From contig CALUNH010000001.1 of NCBI GenBank assembly GCA_944321965.1, positions 92,572 to 156,571 of the forward strand: 64,000 nt of DNA, given 5' to 3'. The translations under genes were made by a program, and so were the position numbers. Positions 45,727 through 56,980 of the stretch are shown here, one piece after another. Each line of letters opens with the position of its first letter. Position 1 is the first letter of the stretch. The notes below the pieces were generated by a model that had not been told where the DNA came from, made no database searches, and saw nothing but the letters and a program-made list of their open reading frames with translations. The DNA comes from an uncultured Alistipes sp. GTDB taxonomy: Bacteria > Bacteroidota > Bacteroidia > Bacteroidales > Rikenellaceae.

Positions 45727-45965
45727 GCCGGGAAAAGTGCCGAGCCGGGGAAAAGGGACCGGAGCGTGAAACAGGGGCCGGAGCGTGAAACAGGGGCCGG
45801 ACTGTGGAATAAAGACGGATCGGGCCGAGGAATAAAAGAGGGCCATGAAAAAAGCCGACCGGGCCGTAAAAAAGGGGCCGGAGCGTGGAATAAAGACGGA
45901 TCGGGCCGCGGTTCGAAAAAGCGGGCCGGGCGTGACAACAAAACAGGTTCCGAGCCAGGAAAGTA
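45727..45965. repeat. Degenerate ~19-21-bp tandem repeats with phased A-tracts
   Basis: CCGGAGCGTGAAACAGGGG x2 (45759-45796); 35-nt near-identical copies at 45793-45827 and 45874-45908. Confidence 0.8.
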
Positions 45966-46008
45966 CGGAACCCAACCAGGAAAAATACAACGTAACATAA
46001 AAAACAAG

Positions 46009-47958
46009 ATGAACAACAAGTATTCTTTGCCGAAAGACGGCGGACTGATCGCTGAATCGGCACCGCGCGACATCATCCATCGTTATGAGAAGATCCATAC
46101 CCGGGTCTACGAAAACGAATACAACGGAGTGCTGTATGTCGCCGACACGATCGTGAAGGCCATCCGCACGTACAACGAAATCCACTCCTCGAACGAAGTC
46201 TACGAGGAGGCCCAACCCTTCGTACTGGGCCTGACCACCGGCCGCACCCCCCTGGGTCTCTACCGTGAACTGGTCAAACGCCACAAGGAGGGACAGATCA
46301 GTTTCCGCAACGTGGCCGTCTACAGCCTCGACGAGTTCTACCCGATCAAATCGACCGAACAGCAGAGCCGCAACTTCCGCATCCACGAGGAGTTCCTCAA
46401 CCACATCGACATCCAGCCGGAGAATGTCCACATTCCCGACGGAACGATCCCCGAAAGCCGCATCTCGGAGTATTGCTCCTCCTACGACCACGCCATCCGT
46501 CACATCGACCTGATGATCATCGGCGTGGGCGAGGACGGACAGATCGGATTCAATGAACCGGGTTCCTACGCACGGTCGCGGACCCGGCTCGTACAGCTTA
46601 CCTACAACACGCGGAAAGTACAGTCCGGAGCCTTCTACGGACTGGAGAACACCCCCAAGATGGCCATTACGATGGGTATCGACACGATCATGCGCGCCGA
46701 CCGCATCATCCTCATGGCCTGGGGCGAGGAGAAAGCCCGGATCATTCAGAAGGTCGTCGAAGGAGAGATCTCCGACCTGGTGCCGGCTTCCTACCTGCAG
46801 GCTCACGCCAATATCGAGGTGGTGATCGACGAAAATGCCGCACAACTCCTTACCCGCGAGCAGACACCGTGGATGGTCGGGCCCTGCGAGTGGACGCCGA
46901 AATTCGTCCGCAAGGCCGTGGTATGGCTCTGCGGCGTGGTGAAGAAGCCGATCCTGAAACTCACCTACAAGGACTATATCGAAAATTCGCTCGGCGAACT
47001 GCTCGAACAGGGCCGCACCTTCGACCAGATCAACATCGACGTCTTCAACGACCTGCAGCACACCATTTCGGGCTGGCCGGGCGGCAAACCCAATGCCGAC
47101 GACTCGACACGTCCGGTGCCGTCGTCACCCTTCCCGAAGCGCGTGGTGATCTTCTCGCCCCACCCCGACGACGACGTGATCTCGATGGGCGGTACGTTCA
47201 TCCGGCTCGTCCAGCAGGGACATGACGTACACGTGGCCTACGAAACCTCGGGCAACGTGGCCGTCCACGACGACGTCGTGCTGCAGAACATCGACACGGC
47301 CCGCCAGCTCGGATACGGCGACCACTATGCCGAAGTCGAAAAGATCATCGCCGGCAAGAAGAAGGGACAACCCGAACCGCGGGCGCTGCTCGATCTCAAG
47401 GGTTCGATCCGCCGTGCCGAGGCGCGTGCCGCCGTGCGGTCGTTCGGGCTGAACCCCGACACGAACGCCCATTTCCTGAACCTTCCGTTCTACGAAACCG
47501 GCGGAATCAAGAAGGGCCTGCTCTCCGAGAAGGATACCGAGATCATCGTGAACCTGCTCCGGGAGATCAAGCCCCAGCAGATCTACGCCGCCGGCGACCT
47601 GGCCGACCCCCACGGAACGCACCGCACCTGCATGGAGGCCGTACTGAATGCCCTGGAGGTGGTCAAGGAGGACGACTGGATGAAGGATTGCCACCTGTGG
47701 CTCTACCGCGGGGCATGGATGGAGTGGGATCTCGGCATGGTGGACATGGCCGTGCCCCTGTCGCCCGACGAGCTGATCATGAAGCGCCACGCCATCTACC
47801 GCCACCTCTCGCAGAAGGATATCATGCCCTTCCCGGGCGATGACCCGCGCGAGTTCTGGCAGCGCGCCGAGGAGCGGACGCAGAATACCGCCAAACTCTA
47901 TGACCAGCTCGGCATGGCCGAATACCAGGCCATCGAGGTCTTCGTCCGCATGTTCTAA
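46009..47958 (+). CDS. Long NagB-like protein: glucosamine-6-P deaminase domain fused to a PIG-L/LmbE deacetylase domain
   Basis: [27 protein letters not shown]; C-terminal SPHPDDD and [11 protein letters not shown]. Start MNNKYS at 46009. Confidence 0.88.
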   Translation: MNNKYSLPKDGGLIAESAPRDIIHRYEKIHTRVYENEYNGVLYVADTIVKAIRTYNEIHSSNEVYEEAQPFVLGLTTGRTPLGLYRELVKRHKEGQISFRNVAVYSLDEFYPIKSTEQQSRNFRIHEEFLNHIDIQPENVHIPDGTIPESRISEYCSSYDHAIRHIDLMIIGVGEDGQIGFNEPGSYARSRTRLVQLTYNTRKVQSGAFYGLENTPKMAITMGIDTIMRADRIILMAWGEEKARIIQKVVEGEISDLVPASYLQAHANIEVVIDENAAQLLTREQTPWMVGPCEWTPKFVRKAVVWLCGVVKKPILKLTYKDYIENSLGELLEQGRTFDQINIDVFNDLQHTISGWPGGKPNADDSTRPVPSSPFPKRVVIFSPHPDDDVISMGGTFIRLVQQGHDVHVAYETSGNVAVHDDVVLQNIDTARQLGYGDHYAEVEKIIAGKKKGQPEPRALLDLKGSIRRAEARAAVRSFGLNPDTNAHFLNLPFYETGGIKKGLLSEKDTEIIVNLLREIKPQQIYAAGDLADPHGTHRTCMEAVLNALEVVKEDDWMKDCHLWLYRGAWMEWDLGMVDMAVPLSPDELIMKRHAIYRHLSQKDIMPFPGDDPREFWQRAEERTQNTAKLYDQLGMAEYQAIEVFVRMF

Positions 47959-48046
47959 ATCCGGTTCCGGAGGGGAGGGTGCACTGCCCTCCCTCCCCCG
48001 ACCGACCGGATATCGACAAAACCGAAAATCAAAAAACAACAGGCTT

Positions 48047-48847
48047 ATGCGCTTAATTATCGAAAATACCCCGCAGCAGGTGGCACAATGGGCCGCCAAC
48101 TACATCATCCAGCAGATCAAGGCCAAGGAGCAGGTGACCAAATCGCCCTTCGTACTGGGACTTCCGACGGGCTCCACACCGCTGGAGACCTACAAGGAGC
48201 TGATCCGCCGTCACAAGACGGGCGAAGTGTCGTTCAAGAACGTCATCACGTTCAACATGGACGAGTATGTGGGACTCCCGGAGGAGCATCCCGAAAGCTA
48301 CCACTCGTTCATGTGGAACAACTTCTTCAAACACATCGACATCAAACCCGAGAACGTAAATATCCTGGACGGCAATGCCGAGGACCTGGTGAAGGAGTGC
48401 GCCGACTATGAGGCCCGGATCGTCGAGGCCGGCGGCATCGATCTCTTCATGGGCGGCGTGGGCGAAGACGGACACATCGCCTTCAACGAGCCGTTCTCGT
48501 CGCTGAACTCCCGCACGCGCCTCAAGACGCTGACGCAGGATACGATTCAGGTGAATGCCCGCTTCTTCGGCGGCGACATCACGCTGGTCCCGAAAACGGC
48601 CCTCACGGTGGGTGTCGGAACGGTGCTCTCGGCCAAGCGGGTGCTGATCCTGGCCACGGGGCACAAGAAGGCCCGCGCCGTGCGTCACGGTGTAGAGGGT
48701 TCGTACAACCACCAGTGGACGATTTCGGCCCTGCAGGTGCACCCGAACGGCATTCTGGTCTGCGACGACCCGGCCGCCGAGGAGCTCCGCGTAGCGACCT
48801 ACCGCTACTTCAAGGACATCGAACGCGACAACCTCATCTCGAAATAG
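48047..48847 (+). CDS. nagB: Glucosamine-6-phosphate deaminase
   Basis: [45 protein letters not shown]. Confidence 0.96.
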   Translation: MRLIIENTPQQVAQWAANYIIQQIKAKEQVTKSPFVLGLPTGSTPLETYKELIRRHKTGEVSFKNVITFNMDEYVGLPEEHPESYHSFMWNNFFKHIDIKPENVNILDGNAEDLVKECADYEARIVEAGGIDLFMGGVGEDGHIAFNEPFSSLNSRTRLKTLTQDTIQVNARFFGGDITLVPKTALTVGVGTVLSAKRVLILATGHKKARAVRHGVEGSYNHQWTISALQVHPNGILVCDDPAAEELRVATYRYFKDIERDNLISK

Positions 48848-48879
48848 GATCCCCGGCTCCGTACCGGAATCTTACATGT

Positions 48880-48919
48880 ATGAAAAATCCCGCCCCGGCT
48901 CCGGAGCGGGATTTTTCAT
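48880..48919 (+). terminator. Intrinsic terminator
   Basis: ATGAAAAATCCCGC...GCGGGATTTTTCAT. Confidence 0.8.
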
Positions 48920-49136
48920 GGACGACAAGAGTTGGGAAAACGCTCTCAGGGACAATTTCGCGGACTGAAAGGGTTGAAAAAGCGTCCCAGGGGCCGTCAG
49001 GCGGGATTTTTCACGGGATTTTTACAAAAATCTCGAAAATTCACCCTATCTTGCAACAAAATCGCCCGAAACGGTTATTCTCTCGAACCTCACCGACCCT
49101 TCGGATCCCGTTTCGGTACGTCACTCAATTCGAAAC

Positions 49137-49721
49137 ATGGATAGCGAGTTACTACAAGGTTTGTCCCAGGGGCGGCAGGAAGCCTTCGACCGCCTGATCC
49201 GGGAATACTACCCGCGGCTGATGGGGTACGCCCGGCTGCTGCTCGACGAGGAGAATGCCCGGGATATCGTGCAGGAGGTATTCCTCTACGTCTGGGAACA
49301 CCGTTCCCGGCTGCACTTTACCGCCGGGTTCCAAAGCTACCTCTTCCGCATCTGCCACTCGCGGATGCTCGACACGATCAAACGCCGCCGCCTTTTCGAA
49401 AACCGGGAGTCGCCCTTCAGCCTCCAGCTGCAGGAGGATGCCGCCTGGCTCGCCCGCAACAACGACGACATCGTGCGCACGATCTGCAACAGGGAACTGC
49501 TGGAACGTATCCTCTCCCTGACGGACGAACTGCCCGAAAAACGCCGGGAGGTATTCCGCCTCTCGCTGCTGCACGACATGAGCAATGCGGAGATCTCCGA
49601 ACTGCTCGACATCCCCCGCAGAACCGTCGAGGGACACCTCTACCATGCCTTGCGGTTCCTGCGGGCCCGCATTCCAAAAGAGGAGATGCTGCTGCTCATG
49701 AGCGTATTCCTGCTGCGCTGA
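49137..49721 (+). CDS. ECF sigma-70 factor (Bacteroidetes expansion family)
   Basis: ARDIVQEVF..VWE, LPEKRREVF.LS, EISELLDI..RTVE.H. Confidence 0.93.
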   Translation: MDSELLQGLSQGRQEAFDRLIREYYPRLMGYARLLLDEENARDIVQEVFLYVWEHRSRLHFTAGFQSYLFRICHSRMLDTIKRRRLFENRESPFSLQLQEDAAWLARNNDDIVRTICNRELLERILSLTDELPEKRREVFRLSLLHDMSNAEISELLDIPRRTVEGHLYHALRFLRARIPKEEMLLLMSVFLLR

Positions 49722-49803
49722 CACCCCCTCGGAAGAAAATTTTCAAAAAAACAGGGTCGGAGCTGCGTAAATTCCGCGGCCCGATCGTTTAATCCGTAGA
49801 AAC

Positions 49804-50859
49804 ATGCAAGAAAAGGAGTATATGAGCCCATCGAAGATCCTGGAATTCATCAACCGCCGCTGCGACGCCGATACGGCCGCCGAAGTGCGCGCCTGGATCA
49901 CCCGAAGCGATGAAAACCGCGCCGAATACCTGCGGTTGAAGCAATTGTGCGCCCTGAAGGATGTACACCGCCACTCCGGGAGTTCTGAACTCGAAGGCGC
50001 CACACGGAAATTCCATACCGAAATCGCACAACGCCGCCGCGTAGGACATTTGCGGCGGCTGGTCTACACCGCCTCGTCGATCGCCGCCCTGCTGGCCGTC
50101 GGGCTCTTCGCCATCGGCATCGAACTCTACTCCGAACGCTTCGAATGGCATACGGTAGCCAATACGGCCACCGACGAAGTGCTGCGTTTCACACTCGACG
50201 ACGGAACCAAAATCTACCTCAACCACGGTGCGGAACTCTCCTTCCGGGAGAATTTCCTCCGGCGGCGCAACGTCCGGCTCCGCGGCGAAGCCTTCTTCGA
50301 GGTGGCATCCGACCCCGTGCACCCCTTCGTCGTGCACACCCCGCATGTCAACATCCGGGTCCTGGGCACGGCGTTCGACGTCATCACCGGAGATACGACC
50401 GTGACGATTCTCGAACGGGGGCGCGTCGCCCTCGAAACGGCTTCCGGACGGGAACTCGCAACGATGCTCCCGGGACAACGGGCCGTCGTGGACGGGACTA
50501 CGGGGCAGCTGACGGCTCTGGATCAGGTTCAGGCGGGAAAATACACCTCCTGGCGGTTCAACCACGAAGTCTACGACCGCATCTCCTTCGCCGAGATCGT
50601 CCGCCTGATCGAGGAGCGGCACGGCGTATCGATCGTCTACGATCCCGCAGCCTTCGGAAATACCGCCTACCGGCTGGTGATCAACGACGACGAGACCCTC
50701 GAACAGATGCTCGAAATCCTCAACCTGATTTCACCCGTCGAGTACACCATTCAGGGAGAACGGGTTTTCCTGAAAAAACGGACTGAAAAACTGCAACCGA
50801 TCGGATTTCATAAAACTCAACCTAATCCAAGTACGAAACGAACCATGAAGGAACCTTAA
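49804..50859 (+). CDS. FecR-family anti-sigma factor
   Basis: Single TM; LDDGTKIYLN, V.LRGEAFFEV, PFVVHT, VLGTAFDV. Confidence 0.93.
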   Translation: MQEKEYMSPSKILEFINRRCDADTAAEVRAWITRSDENRAEYLRLKQLCALKDVHRHSGSSELEGATRKFHTEIAQRRRVGHLRRLVYTASSIAALLAVGLFAIGIELYSERFEWHTVANTATDEVLRFTLDDGTKIYLNHGAELSFRENFLRRRNVRLRGEAFFEVASDPVHPFVVHTPHVNIRVLGTAFDVITGDTTVTILERGRVALETASGRELATMLPGQRAVVDGTTGQLTALDQVQAGKYTSWRFNHEVYDRISFAEIVRLIEERHGVSIVYDPAAFGNTAYRLVINDDETLEQMLEILNLISPVEYTIQGERVFLKKRTEKLQPIGFHKTQPNPSTKRTMKEP

Positions 50860-50944
50860 CGCTTAATCCATTACCGGCAGCTCCACACCGCTTCACACGC
50901 CGGTTTTTTCCCAACCAGTCTTTCACACACCAAACTCAAATGCG

Positions 50945-53900
50945 ATGAATATTTACTCGAACGTCGTCCATGAAAATGGACGAAGGGTGGGGATTTTGTC
51001 TCTGCCGAAGCAGGTTCTGCGCACTTTCGCGGCACTGCTTCTGCTGCTTGCGGCCTCCATACGCCCGCTTCCCGCCCAAAACATACAGATCACCATCCAT
51101 CCCGACAAGAAGGAACTCGGAGAACTGCTTCCCGAAATCTCCCGCCAGACGGGAGCGGAGTTCTCCTACGATCTCGAAGTGCTGAAGATCCGAACCCTGG
51201 CCACCGGAAAGGTCAGCGGAACGTTGAACCAGGTGCTGGACCGGATCTTCGACCGAACAGGGGTCAGCTACACGCTGCTGGGAGCCAACCGCATCGCGCT
51301 GACATACACGGCCCCGACCCCGGCCCAGCCCCAGGCGTCGAAACCCGGAAGCTATCGCCTGACGGGCGTCGTGCGGGACCAGGCGGGCAAACCCCTGGCG
51401 GGCGTCACGGTCGTCGAGAACCCCTACAACGGAACGGCCACCGGAACCGACGGTTCGTATGCCCTGGAGGTCAAGCCCGAAGCGCAGATTACCTTCAGTT
51501 GTCTGGGATATGCCCAGGTCGTGGAGTCCGTCGCAGGACGCACGACTCTCGACGTGACGCTGCAGGAGGAGGCGACGGCCCTCGAAGAGCTAGTCGTCGT
51601 GGGATACCGCACCGTCAAGAAACTCTCGCTGACCGGTTCGGTCGCCACGGTGGACATCAAAAGCAAGGAGCACCAGCCGATTACCAACTCGACCCAGATG
51701 CTCTACAACACCCCCGGCATCTGGGTCAATCAGGGCGGTGCCCAGCCCGGTGTGGACAAGGCCTCGATCTCGATCCGCGGTGTCAACTCGCTGAATTCGA
51801 CCGGCGGTGCCCCGCTCGTGCTGTTGGACGGCGTGGAGTACGACTTCGGGGAGATCGACCCCTCGACGATCGAGTCGATCACGGTCCTGAAGGACGTTTC
51901 GGCCGCCATCTACGGTCTGAAAGCCGCCAACGGAGTCATCCTGGTCACCTCGAAGAAGGGCTCCAAAGGCCGCCCGCGGGTGGAGTACAGCGGAAAATAC
52001 GGCATACAGCGCGCCACCTATCTCCCGGACGTGGTGACCGACCCGATTCTCTACATGCGCCTGCGGAACCTGGCCGAAATCAATTCGGGAGTCAGCCCCG
52101 GGGCCGTCTCCTACTCCAACGCCCAGATCCTCGAATACATGGAGGGCATGAAAACCGACCCGTCGGTCTACCCCGCTTCGGACTGGTTCGACATCTGTAT
52201 GGATGACGGATACGTCCAGCAGCACAGCGTGCGTCTCTCGGGCGGTACGGACGCCATCACCTACTCGATGGGCGTCGGCTACACCGACCAGAAGGGCGTC
52301 TTCATCGAAAACGACAACGCCCAGCGCTATTCGTTCGACCTGAAACTCAACGCCCGGGTCAGCGACGCCCTGAACATCAGCGGAACCTTTCAGGGCAACC
52401 TCCGCACATTCAACGAGGTGGGATATACCACCGGGACCGTGCTGAACACGATCATGCGCGGACTTCCGATCTTCTCGGACTACCACCGCAACGGAATCTA
52501 CGGTTCGACGTGGCTCTTCACCCCGGGGCGCAACAACATCGAGAACCCCCGCATGGAGGTCGAGCAGGGATTCGTCTACCGCAACTACCAGGAGCTGCTC
52601 TCGACGCTGAGCATCGACCTGCGCCTGGCCCCGCACCTGAAATACTACGCCACGGCCGGTTACCGCAAGATCGACCACTTCAGCAAGAACTTCATTCCCC
52701 AGATGTACACCGTGAATCCGAAGACGGGCGACGTAAAGACCTTCAACGGCAGCGCCCCGCGTGTCAAGGACTGGGATTCGACATCGGGACAGTACACGCT
52801 CTCGCACCGCCTCGTCTGGGAGAACGACTACGGACGCCACAACATCCACGTGATGGCCGGTCAGGACTGGCAGCACAATGACAGCCGCAACTTCCAGGCC
52901 TACAACCACGGGTTCAACGACAATACGCTGACCGAATTCGAGGCGCTGACCGACCAGACCAACGCCCAGGCAACGGGCAGCTCGTGGAAAAAACGCATGA
53001 TCTCCTTCTACGGACGTCTGGCCTACACCTACGACGAGCGTTACATGCTCGAAGCCACGCTGCGCTACGACGGTTCGAGCAACCTCTCGCGCGACAACCG
53101 CTGGTTCCTCTTCCCGTCGGTGATGGTGGCCTGGAACCTGAGCCGCGAGCCCTTCTTCCAGGTCAGGCAGATCGACCTGCTGAAACTGCGCCTCTCCTAC
53201 GGCGTGATGGGCAGCGAGTCGGTGGATCCCTACAGCTACCAGATGACCTACAACGCCCTGAGCCAGAACTATTCGTTCGGCGGAACCCCGGCGGCCGGAT
53301 ATGCCGTCGAAGAGCTCACCGACCGGATGCTGGGCTGGGAGAAGACCCGTTCGTACAACGCGGGACTCGATCTGGCGGCCTTCAACAACCGGCTGAGCTT
53401 CGAGGCCGACTTCTTCCGCAAGGAGACCTTCGACATCATCATGACCCGCTCGATCCCCTCGCATGTCGGCGGCCTGAGCGGCCCGAAGAGCAACGTGGGT
53501 ACCGTACTCAACAAGGGATTCGAAATCTCGGGCAGCTGGCGCGACCGCATCAAGGATTTTTCCTACGGGGTGAATCTCTCGGTGGGATTCGTGCGCAACC
53601 GGGTGCTCTCGCTCGACGGAGGGCAGATCCTGGCCAACAGCAACACCCTGATTACCAAGGAAGGGTACCCGATCCGTTCGTTCTACCTCTACGAAGCCGA
53701 CGGATACTACCTCTCGCAGGAGGAGATCGACAACACCTCGGTGGTCTACGGCGACCGCTCGAAACTGCGGCCCGGCTACCTGAAATACAAGAACAACTGC
53801 GAGGATGAGGTGATCGACGACAAGGACAAGATCATCGTGGGCAACACGATTCCCGAATGGACCTATTCGTTCGGCCTGCAGGTCGGTTGGAAGGGAATCT

Positions 53901-54334
53901 CGCTCGAAGCACAGTTCCAGGGCGTCGGCGACGTCTACACCTACCCCACGGCCAACCTCGCCGTACCGTTCAACAACGGAGCGGGCGTCACCTGGGAGTG
54001 GGCCACCGACTCCTGGACCGAAGCGAACCCCAATGCGAAACTGCCGCTGCTGACCACCTACACCGACGCCCCGGAGAACTTCATCCCGTCGACCAAATGG
54101 CTGCGCAACGCCTCCTACCTGCGCATGAAGAACATCCAGCTGACCTACGATTTCCCGAAACGGCTGCTCCGGCCGCTGCACATCGAGGGACTGCAGGTCT
54201 ATGTCAGCGGGCAGAACCTCTGGACGCTCTCCGATTTCGACCTCTGGGACCCCGAAATCACGACCACCCGCACGAATCTCTACGAATACCCCAACCTGAA
54301 GACCATATCCGTGGGTCTGAACCTGAGTTTCTAA
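50945..54334 (+). CDS. susC: SusC-like TonB-dependent transducer with N-terminal signalling (STN) extension
   Basis: Extra N-terminal domain, PLVLLDG, VLKD.SAAIYG.KAANGVILVT, LGWEKT, C-terminal Phe. Confidence 0.95.
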   Translation: MNIYSNVVHENGRRVGILSLPKQVLRTFAALLLLLAASIRPLPAQNIQITIHPDKKELGELLPEISRQTGAEFSYDLEVLKIRTLATGKVSGTLNQVLDRIFDRTGVSYTLLGANRIALTYTAPTPAQPQASKPGSYRLTGVVRDQAGKPLAGVTVVENPYNGTATGTDGSYALEVKPEAQITFSCLGYAQVVESVAGRTTLDVTLQEEATALEELVVVGYRTVKKLSLTGSVATVDIKSKEHQPITNSTQMLYNTPGIWVNQGGAQPGVDKASISIRGVNSLNSTGGAPLVLLDGVEYDFGEIDPSTIESITVLKDVSAAIYGLKAANGVILVTSKKGSKGRPRVEYSGKYGIQRATYLPDVVTDPILYMRLRNLAEINSGVSPGAVSYSNAQILEYMEGMKTDPSVYPASDWFDICMDDGYVQQHSVRLSGGTDAITYSMGVGYTDQKGVFIENDNAQRYSFDLKLNARVSDALNISGTFQGNLRTFNEVGYTTGTVLNTIMRGLPIFSDYHRNGIYGSTWLFTPGRNNIENPRMEVEQGFVYRNYQELLSTLSIDLRLAPHLKYYATAGYRKIDHFSKNFIPQMYTVNPKTGDVKTFNGSAPRVKDWDSTSGQYTLSHRLVWENDYGRHNIHVMAGQDWQHNDSRNFQAYNHGFNDNTLTEFEALTDQTNAQATGSSWKKRMISFYGRLAYTYDERYMLEATLRYDGSSNLSRDNRWFLFPSVMVAWNLSREPFFQVRQIDLLKLRLSYGVMGSESVDPYSYQMTYNALSQNYSFGGTPAAGYAVEELTDRMLGWEKTRSYNAGLDLAAFNNRLSFEADFFRKETFDIIMTRSIPSHVGGLSGPKSNVGTVLNKGFEISGSWRDRIKDFSYGVNLSVGFVRNRVLSLDGGQILANSNTLITKEGYPIRSFYLYEADGYYLSQEEIDNTSVVYGDRSKLRPGYLKYKNNCEDEVIDDKDKIIVGNTIPEWTYSFGLQVGWKGISLEAQFQGVGDVYTYPTANLAVPFNNGAGVTWEWATDSWTEANPNAKLPLLTTYTDAPENFIPSTKWLRNASYLRMKNIQLTYDFPKRLLRPLHIEGLQVYVSGQNLWTLSDFDLWDPEITTTRTNLYEYPNLKTISVGLNLSF

Positions 54335-54348
54335 CCCCAATCCTGTGA

Positions 54349-55941
54349 ATGATGAAAAAGAATCTATATTTCGGAATCGCCCTGTCGCTGGCCGTCGCGG
54401 CCTCCTCGTGCTCAATGGATTTCGAGCCGACGGGTGCCTACAGCGACAAAACATTCTGGTACAGCGCCAAGAATGCCGAAAGCGGACTGACGGGCTGCTT
54501 CCTGCCGCTGCGGAACGGCAGCATGTTCGGCGGCATGTCCATCGCCCTGGAGGAGTGCGCGACCCCCAATGCCTACAACTATGCCAACACGCTCAACTGG
54601 AACGATATCGCCAAGGGCAGCCACACGGCCGACGGAACCGTCATCGCCGGACGCTGGAAGGATGCCTATACCGGGATCGGGCGCTGCAACATGCTGCTGG
54701 CAAACATCGATCAGAGCAAGGAGCTTTCCAGTGAGGAGATCTCCCAAATGAAGGCCCAGGCACGGTTCCTGCGGGCCCTCTACTACTCGGTGCTGACCAC
54801 CTACTACTACTCGGCACCGCTGATCACCGACGCCCCGGACATCTCCCAGGTCAACCAGCCGCGGGCCGAACGGGCCACGCTGATCCAGTTTATCCTCGAC
54901 GAACTGGACGCGGTTTCCAAAATCCTGCCGCGCAGCTACACCTCGGCCGATCTGGGACGTCCCACCGCCGGAGCCGCACTGGCACTCCGCGCCCGGGTCC
55001 TGCTCTTCGAGGCCAGCGAGCTGTGCAACCCCGACCACAACGAGGAGGCCTGGCGTGCGGCTGCCGATGCCGCCTATGCCGTGATGGAGACGGGCGTCTA
55101 CTCGCTCTATCAGAGCGGTTACGCCGAACTCTTCACCGAAGCTGCCGAGCACTCCTCGGAGTCGATCTTCAACGTCGAATTCGTCTCCAACCCCACGGGT
55201 CTCGGACACAGCATCGACATCGTCATGCGGCAGTACAACAGTTCGGCGCCGCTGAAGAACTTCGTGGACAGCTACTGGATGAAGGACGGAAAACCCCGCG
55301 AAGAGTCGGCCTATGGCAATTCGGAAGGGTATGCGGACCTCGATCCGCGGTTCGCCCAGACGATCGTCTATCCCGGTTCGGTGTGGATGGGCGAGACCGT
55401 GAAGACCGACAACACGAACGTCCGCTTCACCAACAAGCAGACCGGCTTCATCTACAGAAAGTACACGGTCTACACGGAGCAGGCGCCCAGCGACGAGGAG
55501 TTCGGGCTCAAGGAGGTCTGCTCGCCGATCAACATCATGCTGCTGCGCTATGCCGACGTGCTGCTGATGTACGCCGAGGCGAAGAACGAACTGGGCGAGA
55601 TGACCGAGGAGATCTGGAACCGCACGGTCAAGGCGATCCGCCAGCGGGCCGGGTTCACCTCGTCGGCGGCCCTGGCCTACCCCGGGAACAACCGGGAGGA
55701 GATCCGCCGCCAGATCCGCTACGAACGCCGGATCGAGTTTGCGGGCGAGGGGACCTACTACAACGACCTGCGGCGTTGGCGCGAGGCCGAGACGGCAATG
55801 AGCAATCTGAATATCTATACCTTCGACGGGACTCTCATCGGCACGCGGAATTTCAACAAGGAACGCGACTACTGGTGGCCCGTTCCGTCGGCCGAAATCG
55901 AAATCGCGCCGTCACTGCGTCCCAACAACCCGGGATGGTAA
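54349..55941 (+). CDS. susD: SusD/RagB-like lipoprotein
   Basis: Lipobox ASSC, ARFLRALYY, RYADVLLMYAEA, ERRIEFAGEG, NPGW. Confidence 0.95.
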   Translation: MMKKNLYFGIALSLAVAASSCSMDFEPTGAYSDKTFWYSAKNAESGLTGCFLPLRNGSMFGGMSIALEECATPNAYNYANTLNWNDIAKGSHTADGTVIAGRWKDAYTGIGRCNMLLANIDQSKELSSEEISQMKAQARFLRALYYSVLTTYYYSAPLITDAPDISQVNQPRAERATLIQFILDELDAVSKILPRSYTSADLGRPTAGAALALRARVLLFEASELCNPDHNEEAWRAAADAAYAVMETGVYSLYQSGYAELFTEAAEHSSESIFNVEFVSNPTGLGHSIDIVMRQYNSSAPLKNFVDSYWMKDGKPREESAYGNSEGYADLDPRFAQTIVYPGSVWMGETVKTDNTNVRFTNKQTGFIYRKYTVYTEQAPSDEEFGLKEVCSPINIMLLRYADVLLMYAEAKNELGEMTEEIWNRTVKAIRQRAGFTSSAALAYPGNNREEIRRQIRYERRIEFAGEGTYYNDLRRWREAETAMSNLNIYTFDGTLIGTRNFNKERDYWWPVPSAEIEIAPSLRPNNPGW

Positions 55942-55966
55942 ACGAACCCTATCAACAGACGACACC

Positions 55967-56974
55967 ATGAAACAGATACACGAAATCATCCGGCTTCTGA
56001 CCGGAATCATGACGGCAGTCCTTCTCTGTACGGGCTGCGAAAAGGAAAATCGGTCGATCATCCCGCTTCCGGAACTGGACCCGCCCGCCTCGCAGGGCAA
56101 CAAGGTCATCGCGCTGGTCGAGCAAACCCAGAATCAGGTGGCCCTCGTGGATGCCACCACGGGAGAGACCCTGTGGCAATGGACCCCGGCGGATTCGGAC
56201 CTCACGCCCGAAGAGCAGGCGTGGTTCAATCTCCCGGACGAGGTGAAGCCGATCTACAACTGCGAGTACCTGCTCATCACGGCCACGCGCGGCGGTGTGG
56301 CGATCATCCGCATCGCCGACAAACGGGTGATGTTCTACGCCTGCCCCAAGGGGCAGCCACACTCGGCGGAACTGCTGCCCGACGGCAACGTCGTGGTGGC
56401 CTCCTCGACCGACGGAACGGCCGACGGCGACAAACTGCGGCTCTACGAAGTGGATTTCGAGAAACGTTTCGCCGCGGCACCCGTGGCAACCTACCCGCTG
56501 ACCTTCGGGCACAATGCCGTGTGGGACCGCACGAACGAACTGCTGTGGGCTACGGCCGACAACGTGCTGAACACCTATGCCTACGTACAGTCGGAAGGGA
56601 AACCCGCCCTGGTGCTCCAGGACTCCTATCCGCTGCCCGAAGGCCAGAACGGAGCCCACGAGCTCTTCCCGGTCTACGGGCTCAACCAGCTGTGGCTTAC
56701 GACGCTGGGGGCGATCTACAAGTTCAACGTGGCAACGAAGGAGTTCCAGCGCTTCAATGCCAGCACAACGGTCAATATCAAGTGCATCTCCTCGGGACCG
56801 GCCGACTACGCGACCATCATGCTCTACCCGACCCAAAGCTACTGGTCGGACAAACTGATCGACACCGGAGGCCGCAGCGTCTACCAGAAGGACGGATACG
56901 AGATCTACAAGGGCCGCTGGCTGCTTAAGAACACCTTCAGTTATCCGGAGGACCATCCGGCACCCCAAATCTGA
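55967..56974 (+). CDS. Beta-propeller-like lipoprotein (DUF6528-like)
   Basis: Lipobox CTGC; PDEVKP, PHSAELLPDGN, GHNAVWD, HEL.P, YKGRW. Family name is from recall. Confidence 0.65.
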   Translation: MKQIHEIIRLLTGIMTAVLLCTGCEKENRSIIPLPELDPPASQGNKVIALVEQTQNQVALVDATTGETLWQWTPADSDLTPEEQAWFNLPDEVKPIYNCEYLLITATRGGVAIIRIADKRVMFYACPKGQPHSAELLPDGNVVVASSTDGTADGDKLRLYEVDFEKRFAAAPVATYPLTFGHNAVWDRTNELLWATADNVLNTYAYVQSEGKPALVLQDSYPLPEGQNGAHELFPVYGLNQLWLTTLGAIYKFNVATKEFQRFNASTTVNIKCISSGPADYATIMLYPTQSYWSDKLIDTGGRSVYQKDGYEIYKGRWLLKNTFSYPEDHPAPQI

Positions 56975-56980
56975 CGCGCC

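Noticed and set aside
48906-49025. CGGGATTTTT repeated three times before the ECF gene as an operator
   Set aside because: One copy is a terminator arm and the motif is low-complexity; not enough support.
50874-50909. Attenuator between fecR and susC (CCGGC...GCCGG followed by a T run)
   Set aside because: Only a 5-bp stem with a ~20-nt loop; too weak to call.
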